From IMG/VR virus record IMGVR_UViG_3300027861_000002: 20,000 nt of DNA; one strand, 5' to 3'. How positions within the stretch are numbered: the first letter of the stretch is position 1; every line of letters starts with the position of its first letter. This stretch comes from an uncultured virus (IMG/VR IMGVR_UViG_3300027861_000002) (Duplodnaviria; Heunggongvirae; Uroviricota; Caudoviricetes; Schitoviridae). A program made the translations under genes and the position numbers. Below, one piece after another: positions 7,717 through 15,252 of this stretch. The notes beneath the pieces were generated by a model, which saw only the letters and a program-made list of their open reading frames with translations, made no database searches and was not told where the DNA came from.

Positions 7717-8868
7717 TTAAATAAAATTTTGTTCACTAAGTTTTTCAAATTCATCATCTGACATAGATAATGGATTCACTTTAGTAGGAGAATTCTTAGT
7801 AGTTTTAGCTCTAGTAGGACTAGCTGCTTTACGTCTACTTTCCAATTTCTTATCTAAAGTTTTCGTGGACTTAGAGTTATTCAAATTAGTATTAGTGGCA
7901 ACTTCTTCTTTTGGTTGGTCATTGTTTGATGGTTGGTCAAAGTAACCTTGTTGAGTCAGTGCTTCACCTACTGCTTTATAAGCATCTATATCCGTCATTC
8001 CGTTCAATCTACCTAAAGCTCTCTCATTTTCAACTACATCAAAGATCTGCTTATATATGCCAGATCCAACATGATCATTAATAGTTTTAATTGCTTCAGG
8101 ATTTTCTAGTAAGACTTGCTTACTTTTATCATCCCACTTGTTCCCTAGTATATCTATGGTTTCATTAAAGCTAGGAGTATTTTGAATATCATTCAAAACA
8201 TTGTCCAAATCTACTTCTTTGTCACCTACAGCATAACTGTTAGGAATATACTTACTTTCTTCTTCAGTATTTATCTCTAATGGATCTATCTTACTCTCAG
8301 AAATTAATTTTGTAATTGCTTCTGGGTTCTTATTACTCAGATCAATCAGGTAATTAAGTTTCTGCGCATCTAATAGATCATTATTTTCTAACATTTTCAC
8401 TAACTTAAGATTAGGCTTTAAAGCTGCCATCTTCTTATTGTAGTTTGCTCCCATCTGCATAAGAGATATAGCATCATCAACATTGGATACATTCATTTCC
8501 CTTCCATTAGCTTTGAAAGGTGAATATAACTTCTTAACTACAGCTTCATAATCATCTTCTGCTTGAGCAGTTTCTTCCTGAGATTCCTCTTCAACTTCTT
8601 CAGTCTCAGATTCCTCTTCATTTGACTCTTCCTGTGTAGATTCCTCAGTCTCTACAGCTTCTTCTTCATCTTCTTTAGTATTGACCTCACTTTCCTCAGA
8701 AGTCTCCTCAGAAGGCTCAGAATTAGCCTCTACAGTATCTTCAGGAATATCATCTAAATTAAGTTTAGCAAACTCTTCATCAGACATATCCAATGGATTA
8801 ACTTCAGGAGTTTCCTCCTCCTGAACTTCTTCCTCTAACTCTTCTTCTTGGGTATCTTCGTCACTCAT
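7717..8868 (-). CDS. N4 gp57-like protein (often annotated tape measure; acidic and scaffold-like)
   Basis: Very acidic N-terminus; PFKANGREM, LMQMGANY.KKM and C-terminal NPLSMSDDEF; immediately upstream of the capsid gene. Confidence 0.85.
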   Translation of the reverse strand: MSDEDTQEEELEEEVQEEETPEVNPLDMSDEEFAKLNLDDIPEDTVEANSEPSEETSEESEVNTKEDEEEAVETEESTQEESNEEESETEEVEEESQEETAQAEDDYEAVVKKLYSPFKANGREMNVSNVDDAISLMQMGANYNKKMAALKPNLKLVKMLENNDLLDAQKLNYLIDLSNKNPEAITKLISESKIDPLEINTEEESKYIPNSYAVGDKEVDLDNVLNDIQNTPSFNETIDILGNKWDDKSKQVLLENPEAIKTINDHVGSGIYKQIFDVVENERALGRLNGMTDIDAYKAVGEALTQQGYFDQPSNNDQPKEEVATNTNLNNSKSTKTLDKKLESRRKAASPTRAKTTKNSPTKVNPLSMSDDEFEKLSEQNFI

Positions 8869-8870
8869 GA

Positions 8871-9209
8871 TTAGATACCTTCATTAAGTAGGTCTTCACG
8901 AGTATTTTCATCATCAGCTAAAGTCCGCATAGCTGTGTTACCCATTTGAAAAACTGTACTTATATATTTTCTGAAACCACCAATAGCTAAAATACCATTG
9001 TCAATTTCTCTCTGTTCGTTGTCGCCTTGCATACTAGGATCAGATTTAAGTAAAACCAATCTACTTGCTTCATCTCTAAAATAACCTTCATCTACCAAAA
9101 GAGTAAAATCTTTATTAGTTATTAATCTTTGAGCAGCTTCAAGTTTAGCAATCATACCTTTAGCTTGTTCAATACTTAATTCAATTGTTTCTAACTGTTC
9201 ATTCAACAT
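8871..9209 (-). CDS. N4 gp58-like conserved protein
   Basis: 112 aa with RL..NKDF..LVDEGYF.DEASRLV motif; between portal and gp57; GAGG RBS. Confidence 0.8.
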   Translation of the reverse strand: MLNEQLETIELSIEQAKGMIAKLEAAQRLITNKDFTLLVDEGYFRDEASRLVLLKSDPSMQGDNEQREIDNGILAIGGFRKYISTVFQMGNTAMRTLADDENTREDLLNEGI

Positions 9210-9238
9210 TACGTGTGTCCTCTATATAGAGATATTGC

Positions 9239-11398
9239 CTACGAGTCCCCCGAAGGCTTAGGGTTAAGTAATCTATCTACTTCTTTTAAACTTATATCTG
9301 ATCTAGTCTTGTGATCTGCTTTTTCCATGTCTCTCTGATGTGGGATACCTGACTCCTGTTCTAAGAAGTCTAGATCTTCTTTATCAGATTTACTATCTAA
9401 ATTTCTACTCTTAGCTAATTCTGTTTGTGTCTTAGCTTGTTTCAACCCAACATCAACAGAATTCTCTTTACCTTTAGCTTGCTCATTAAATACTTGAGCT
9501 TCAAGTAATGCAACTTCCAACTGAGCTTTCTTCTCAGCCAATGGATTAGGTTGTGGTTGATACTCAGCAATCTTCTTGGATAACTCAGGCATCTTTCTAA
9601 GCCTAGCAATGTCTGACAATATCATCTGAGACATACTTGGATCCATATTATTACCCATAGTCTGAAGCATGAATGCTAACTCTTTAGCTTTCTCATTGTC
9701 TGCCTCGGCTGTAGATATAGCCAACCTAAGATCAAAATTACCTACAAGGTCATCCCTACGTACTTCAACAAATTCCTCATTAGTAACCCTAACCACTTCT
9801 CCCTCTTCAAGGAAGAGAGCATTCATACCTACAATCTTTCTACCTATTTGAATCACACCTTCAGCTAATCTCCTAAGAATACCTAACTCTCTCTTAGATG
9901 TAGCATCCAAAGCTGATCTAATACCAGTGGCAGTTTCTCCCAAGGCTTGTCCTGAAATACCTGAATGGAAAGCTTTTACTCCTGTAAGACTCTCAGCTTC
10001 AGCATTCTGTGCATTAAGCATGAACTGGGCTGATTGAGGTATCTCAGGAAATGTATGTGCAAAAAACACATCATTAGGAGTTACTCCTTGGTTATATTCG
10101 TAATCCTCACCTCTATCAAACTTTCTCTTATTAGTTATATCTAGAGCATCTTTCCTAGAACCAATTTGACCATTAGCACTTCTACCCATGATATCAATCA
10201 TACCTCTGGTAACTGCACCAATAATCTTTTGATTATCTTCTAATAAAGCCCCATCAGGTTCACCATATATAGACTTCCTAACAGGTAAATACTGAGCAAC
10301 AATAAAAGGTAGCTTCTTATCAGGGAATGGATTCTCTTCTAAACGAACCATAGTATCCCCAATATATGTAGCAATAATTGGTGTAGTAATACCTGAATTA
10401 TCTATATCCCAGAATCCCCAGTATTCATAAGCAACTAACTTCTTCCTAGGCTTATCTTTAAAATCAAAGTAAGACTCATCTTGTGTATTATGATCTGGTT
10501 CTGAAAGTATAGAACTACCTTGTCCTACAATATTATTTAAATTTTTATATCGCTTATCCTTCTTCAATTCTGAAAGGGAAGTCTCAAAGCTATATATAAC
10601 AAATGCAGCTTTATCCATATCACCTTCAGCAGTAGGATCAATAGTTACATTATTAAAATCACATACTTCTAAAGTAGGTTGGTTCTTAACTACTTGTGTC
10701 TGCTCTTCAATTTTAGTACCTACTTGAGTAGGAACCTGTAATACCCCTGTCTGCATAAACTGAGCATGTATCTGTTGCACTTCAGTAGGTAACTGTTGAA
10801 AAGATTGAGGATCCTGTTGCATCATTTGATGGATCTGTTGTTGTTCCTGTAATGCCTGAGGATCATTAACAATCCTATTTTCAATAACAGGTACTTCAAC
10901 TTCTACTATTTCATCTTCGTAATCCCAACCTACTTTTACAACTACAGTACCTTCATCTACAGCAGTACGTATATAATCATCTACAAACTTAACTTTCTGA
11001 ATCTTAGTATTAAATTGGTTATTAATTACTAACTCATTCTGTTGAGCAGACTTCTTATCTTCCCAAGATACTGGAGAAACATTAAACATATCTGGGGTAC
11101 TTAAGAAAGCTTCTGTTAAAGCAGCATATCTCCACTCAGCTTGTTTTCTAATAAGCATTGGTTGAATAGTAGATCTATTCTTACTAGTAGCTAATTTAGC
11201 TGAACCAGTAATATTTAAATTATCTAACCAAGCTTCTACACTAGATACATGATCTTGATGAGCAGGTTTAGCATCTTCAAAATCTTGTTTAAGATCAGAT
11301 ACACTAGGTTCATTTTCCCAGTCAGTTAACTTCTCAGTTACTTCCTCAGAAAGACCAAGTTCATTTTCTTCTCCTACTTCTTCAACTTGTGAGTTCAT
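9239..11398 (-). CDS. Portal protein, N4 gp59 family
   Basis: LTDWENEPSV.DLKQD, LIRKQAEWRYAALTE.FL, VDEGTVVVKVGW, YGEPDGALLEDNQKIIGAVTRGMID.MGRSANGQ motifs; 719 aa. Confidence 0.93.
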   Translation of the reverse strand: MNSQVEEVGEENELGLSEEVTEKLTDWENEPSVSDLKQDFEDAKPAHQDHVSSVEAWLDNLNITGSAKLATSKNRSTIQPMLIRKQAEWRYAALTEAFLSTPDMFNVSPVSWEDKKSAQQNELVINNQFNTKIQKVKFVDDYIRTAVDEGTVVVKVGWDYEDEIVEVEVPVIENRIVNDPQALQEQQQIHQMMQQDPQSFQQLPTEVQQIHAQFMQTGVLQVPTQVGTKIEEQTQVVKNQPTLEVCDFNNVTIDPTAEGDMDKAAFVIYSFETSLSELKKDKRYKNLNNIVGQGSSILSEPDHNTQDESYFDFKDKPRKKLVAYEYWGFWDIDNSGITTPIIATYIGDTMVRLEENPFPDKKLPFIVAQYLPVRKSIYGEPDGALLEDNQKIIGAVTRGMIDIMGRSANGQIGSRKDALDITNKRKFDRGEDYEYNQGVTPNDVFFAHTFPEIPQSAQFMLNAQNAEAESLTGVKAFHSGISGQALGETATGIRSALDATSKRELGILRRLAEGVIQIGRKIVGMNALFLEEGEVVRVTNEEFVEVRRDDLVGNFDLRLAISTAEADNEKAKELAFMLQTMGNNMDPSMSQMILSDIARLRKMPELSKKIAEYQPQPNPLAEKKAQLEVALLEAQVFNEQAKGKENSVDVGLKQAKTQTELAKSRNLDSKSDKEDLDFLEQESGIPHQRDMEKADHKTRSDISLKEVDRLLNPKPSGDS

Positions 11399-11636
11399 AA
11401 ATAACCTTGCTACCTAGTCTCGTATAGAACTTTAAATGATTCTTTATTTCAGGAATAAAGCCTATAACTAATAATTTATTATGCTTAGTGATATTAAGTT
11501 TAATATCCTGTAAAACTTTATACAATTCTTTCTGAGTATAGTCAGTATCTTTTAATACTAAAATATACCCTCCCAATTTCTTATCTAAGTACAAATCAAA
11601 ACATAAGTAGCTAATCATAATATAAATATATAGCAC
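11382..11636 (-). CDS. Small hypothetical protein overlapping the portal start; true start uncertain (ATG at 11618 possible)
   Basis: ORF fills the gap upstream of the portal and overlaps it by 17 nt. The listed GTG start lies inside a putative promoter element. Confidence 0.4.
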   Translation of the reverse strand: MLYIYIMISYLCFDLYLDKKLGGYILVLKDTDYTQKELYKVLQDIKLNITKHNKLLVIGFIPEIKNHLKFYTRLGSKVIYELTS

Positions 11637-11657
11637 TATTATTTGATTTAATCAAAT
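11629..11657 (-). promoter_or_regulatory. Putative promoter for the head operon: GTGCTATA element preceded by a 17-bp palindrome
   Basis: ATTTGATT-T-AATCAAAT at 11641-11657 (8-bp perfect arms); GTGCTATA at 11636-11629 is identical to 1648-1641. Confidence 0.4.
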
Positions 11658-12182
11658 TTAACTAGTTTCTGTAACTATAGTTATAGGTACCTTACTACAT
11701 AACTTAGCCCAAGTATGCTTGCACCTAAGTACCATACTTCTAGTAGGTATTATTTGTTTTTTATCAGGATATTTAATATGGTTAGGTACACTAGTATGAC
11801 AATCCATACCTATAACATGTATATCCTTACTACCCAATTCTTTAGCTATAGCACATGCATACATAGCCGAAGCAAATTGTACCTTATATGTGCTACGTAT
11901 ATATTTTCTATCAATAAAATATTGACCTAGTTTACCTGCATTAACTGTAATTAAACCATGTTCCTCAGCTTCTTGTAACGCCTTCTTAGCTGAAGAATTT
12001 TTATCTAATGCTACACTCATCTTCAATTTATCAATAATACCTACTGCATTAGAATTAATATCAATTCTATATGCATCATCAGGAGTCTTCCTTAAATCAT
12101 CTAACATAGTTAAGCCCCCACAACATATTACTGTAGATTGCCCTTCTAATATATTGGGAAATGCTTTAAGTATATTTTTCAT
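11658..12182 (-). CDS. Maf/DUF115 (MptE-like) / sialyltransferase-fold putative glycosyltransferase
   Basis: EGQSTVICCGGLT (degenerate I-x-G-x-G-P-S), RIDINS, VALD and SAMYACAIAKELGSKDIHVIGMD match the Rossmann-like pattern of this clan. Confidence 0.6.
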   Translation of the reverse strand: MKNILKAFPNILEGQSTVICCGGLTMLDDLRKTPDDAYRIDINSNAVGIIDKLKMSVALDKNSSAKKALQEAEEHGLITVNAGKLGQYFIDRKYIRSTYKVQFASAMYACAIAKELGSKDIHVIGMDCHTSVPNHIKYPDKKQIIPTRSMVLRCKHTWAKLCSKVPITIVTETS

Positions 12183-13453
12183 TATGTCTGATCATACCAA
12201 CTAATAGCCCATGCAGTAGTATCTGTACCTGCACCAGCCACTAATTCTTTTATAGCAATTAACATTGCATAACCTGGATCCAAATACATACCTAATTTTT
12301 CTAGATCCAATTCACTAGAATTAGCCCCATTACCTCCAGAAGGTACTGGTAACAATATAGCAGCAACTTCAGTACCTACAGCAGAAGCTACAGTAAAATC
12401 ATTATGGTATTCAATAGGGGTATGTGAACTAACTGTTTGGTAGCCAGATCCCCCAGTAGCAACTGCAGCTATAGTAGCAATAGTTCCTTTATAGAATGTA
12501 ATCGAATATAAACCCTCAGACATCGTAGCAAAAGATAATGACAACGCCTGTGATCGTATAGCATTTGGATAACTCTGAAATGTGGTAGGATTCCTAAAAG
12601 CTACGAAAGCTGCACCAGCTGCAGACGGGGTAACTGATCTAGATCCATGATTAAAATATGGCTTATTTTCTCGATTGTGATCCTTAGTCCAAACGCTAGC
12701 ACTCCAAGAAGCAGTATATATACTAAAATCATTACCATTATTAGGAGAATCAACTTCTAACCTCATTGGCGTTAAAGGACAACCTATATGTGTTCTAGGT
12801 ATATTACTTGAAGTTTCTAAAGAACCATCAGTATTAAATCTATGTAGAAGTTTCCAATCACCGCCATTATCAGGTTTTATTTCAAAAAGAATATCTCCTA
12901 CACCTAAAAAACCAAATTTAATTCTAAATCTATGTAGTTTAGTAAGATCATAAGAAGTCATGCTAACTATTTGTTTTACATCGGCTATACCCCCAGTACC
13001 TGGAGTAGCACCATCTTCAGCATAAAGATTTCTATATGCAACTATAAAATCAGCACCATCATACCCAAGATACACGCCACTACATGTCATGAATAAGCCA
13101 ATAAAAGCTTCATCATTTCCTGAACCATGATCAGCAATAGTGCCTAACCATGCAGCAGTAAAATTACATTCAATAGTACTACCAGGCTTATAACGTAATT
13201 TATTTAATGTTTGTACAGATGCAGATCCTACACCACCAGTAGCAGTTTTTAATAAAGACCTATTAAACTGCGGTGTATTTGAGCCAGTACCAGAAGTAGA
13301 TACTACTACTTCTTGATCAGTATCTAATTGTCTAGTAAATATTAGGGATATATCCACAGTAGGATTTACTGCTTTAAGTTCACCAAATAATCCTGCCGAA
13401 ACCTTTTCACCTGAGAAGTGATCTTTTAACGAAGTAGCATTAAAAATACTCAT
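12182..13453 (-). CDS. Beta-rich putative virion appendage protein (concanavalin/lectin-like)
   Basis: GLFGELKAV, LRYKPG, GLF....GVYLGYDG and RIKFGFLGVG.I.FEI pattern seen in a family of uncharacterised phage structural proteins; located in the tail cluster. Confidence 0.5.
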   Translation of the reverse strand: MSIFNATSLKDHFSGEKVSAGLFGELKAVNPTVDISLIFTRQLDTDQEVVVSTSGTGSNTPQFNRSLLKTATGGVGSASVQTLNKLRYKPGSTIECNFTAAWLGTIADHGSGNDEAFIGLFMTCSGVYLGYDGADFIVAYRNLYAEDGATPGTGGIADVKQIVSMTSYDLTKLHRFRIKFGFLGVGDILFEIKPDNGGDWKLLHRFNTDGSLETSSNIPRTHIGCPLTPMRLEVDSPNNGNDFSIYTASWSASVWTKDHNRENKPYFNHGSRSVTPSAAGAAFVAFRNPTTFQSYPNAIRSQALSLSFATMSEGLYSITFYKGTIATIAAVATGGSGYQTVSSHTPIEYHNDFTVASAVGTEVAAILLPVPSGGNGANSSELDLEKLGMYLDPGYAMLIAIKELVAGAGTDTTAWAISWYDQT

Positions 13454-13461
13454 TTATTTAC

Positions 13462-14652
13462 CTATGTAATTATTAACCAATTAGAACCATCACTAATAAC
13501 CCTCAAATGGTCATAATGATCTAAATTTCCGCCAGTCATTCCATCAATTGTTTCAGAACTAGTAGTAGCAATTGTCACTATATTTGAAGAAGTATCAACT
13601 CTTTTAATACTTACTACCCTACCAGCTTTACTTACAGCAGTAGGTAGAGTAATAGTTATATCCCCAGAAGTAGCATCTGCATAAACTATATATTTAGTTA
13701 AAACAATAGTACCTGATGCAGTCATTGTAGAATTTGATTTAATAAATGAACTAACCAACTCATCAATAGCTGCTTTAGTAGTGATAGCTGTAAGACCACT
13801 CGTAGAAGGGTCATATCTTACGTCTGCAGCATCTTGTACTGGGTATGTGCAATTTACCTGCAAAAGACCTAATGTAGCATGTACCCTCAAACACAGAGCT
13901 ACAGGTTGCATATATCCAGAAGTTGGTCGAGTAGGGGAGAGGATTCCATCACCATTCACATATACCCAATCACCAGCAGTAAGTGAAATAGTAGATGTAT
14001 CAATACTTTCAAGTAAACCAGATATAGTCATCCTACCTGTATAACCTGAAGCAATTGCTGCAGTAGCTAAACCAAAACAAATATCAGTAGCAGAATTACA
14101 AATAGCTACTCCAGGAACTCCTTCAGATACATCAAAACTAGTAAATGTAAGTGGATCACCTATTGCTATAGCCTCTGTAGCTACCACTTTTATATGTGTC
14201 TGGTTTGCATAAACTGTATTAGTGAAGTCAATAATAGTCTTAGCTGTAAGAGTCTCAGTACCATTTAAACTAACAGCACTTATATCTGAAGCAGTAGTTC
14301 CATGTGGATTACCTGAAGTAATATTAGAATGTGCTATAGGAGCATATCTAACATCACCCCTAGCATTATTTAAATATTGTGTGTGGTAATCTCCAGTATC
14401 CAAATTAGCTAATGCATTATGATCTGAGAATACAGCAGCAGCTATAACAGCTTCAGTCCAAGTCTTATTTACAGCAGAAGAATCTTGAGCAGGGGTATCA
14501 TTAATCCCATAAAGATCATACTCTGCCATATTTATAGCTTCATTCTGGGGAGGAGTAGTAGCAATCAAATCTGAAACTATTTGTACAAGTATCTCAGTAG
14601 TGCTGTCCTCCTCAACTGAATATTCTACACTATCAGTAACAACAACAGTCAT
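13462..14652 (-). CDS. Tail fibre / appendage protein
   Basis: H..L..L...D.HTQYL and NPHGTT fibre motifs; central ATEAIAIGD...GLATAAI...LTAGDWVYV domain; C-terminal DATSGDITITLPTA...ETIDG...SDGSNW domain common in fibres. Confidence 0.65.
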   Translation of the reverse strand: MTVVVTDSVEYSVEEDSTTEILVQIVSDLIATTPPQNEAINMAEYDLYGINDTPAQDSSAVNKTWTEAVIAAAVFSDHNALANLDTGDYHTQYLNNARGDVRYAPIAHSNITSGNPHGTTASDISAVSLNGTETLTAKTIIDFTNTVYANQTHIKVVATEAIAIGDPLTFTSFDVSEGVPGVAICNSATDICFGLATAAIASGYTGRMTISGLLESIDTSTISLTAGDWVYVNGDGILSPTRPTSGYMQPVALCLRVHATLGLLQVNCTYPVQDAADVRYDPSTSGLTAITTKAAIDELVSSFIKSNSTMTASGTIVLTKYIVYADATSGDITITLPTAVSKAGRVVSIKRVDTSSNIVTIATTSSETIDGMTGGNLDHYDHLRVISDGSNWLIIT

Positions 14653-14661
14653 AACTATCCT

Positions 14662-15015
14662 TTAATCCAGTTTCTCAAAACAAGTAACTCTATCAACATT
14701 ATTCTTACCAGATCTCAGAATAGTAATAGAATCAGATCCAATTGTTCGCCTAATACTACCATAGTATGTACCTGGAGGAAGTGAAACAGTATCTGATTGG
14801 GTAATGGGTATATAAACTAATCCATTTGTTGGAGCATCACTTGCATGATCACCAGCAGTAGTAGATACAGATAAAGCTGCAGAAGCATCATTCAAATGTT
14901 GCTTTAGAGTAACAGTAAATACTGCTCCAGTAAGATTCTTAACAGGGTTATGTCTCACTTTTATTAAGAAGGAGTCATTCTGAGTAAAATCTTTAAATAC
15001 TTTTACCTTAGCCAT
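14662..15015 (-). CDS. BppU N-terminal-like small beta-sandwich structural protein
   Basis: QNDSF, NLTGAVFTVTLK and GLVYIPITQSDTVSLPPGTYY pattern. Confidence 0.6.
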   Translation of the reverse strand: MAKVKVFKDFTQNDSFLIKVRHNPVKNLTGAVFTVTLKQHLNDASAALSVSTTAGDHASDAPTNGLVYIPITQSDTVSLPPGTYYGSIRRTIGSDSITILRSGKNNVDRVTCFEKLD

Positions 15016-15027
15016 ATTGTGTATGCC

Positions 15028-15194
15028 TTATTTAATAGCGTATACTCTAATGTATCCAACATTTCCACCAACTTCTACCTCAATCCAATCTTGTTCGGTA
15101 TTAAGGGACGATTCAGGACAGTTTCATCTGCTCTTTCCCCGTTATCAATCCAATTGACATTTGAATCTGTTACTGTATCTATTTCTGTTGTCAT
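15028..15194 (-). pseudogene. Tail-fibre gene remnant: N-terminal anchor motif joined out of frame to a C-terminal tip motif
   Basis: AAAGG RBS and ATG at 15194 give MTTEIDTVTDSNVNWIDNGERADETVLNRPLIPNKIGLR* (stop 15075-15077). The -1 frame from about 15102 gives NTEQDWIEVEVGGNVGYIRVYAIK* (stop 15028-15030). Confidence 0.6.
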
Positions 15195-15252
15195 ATTTTA
15201 AACCTTTTAAATAAATTTTTATCCTAATATACATATCTAAGCAAATACACTG

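Noticed and set aside
8560..8868. Repetitive TTC/CTC-rich DNA
   Set aside because: Explained by the Glu-rich N-terminus of gp57; not a tandem array or CRISPR.
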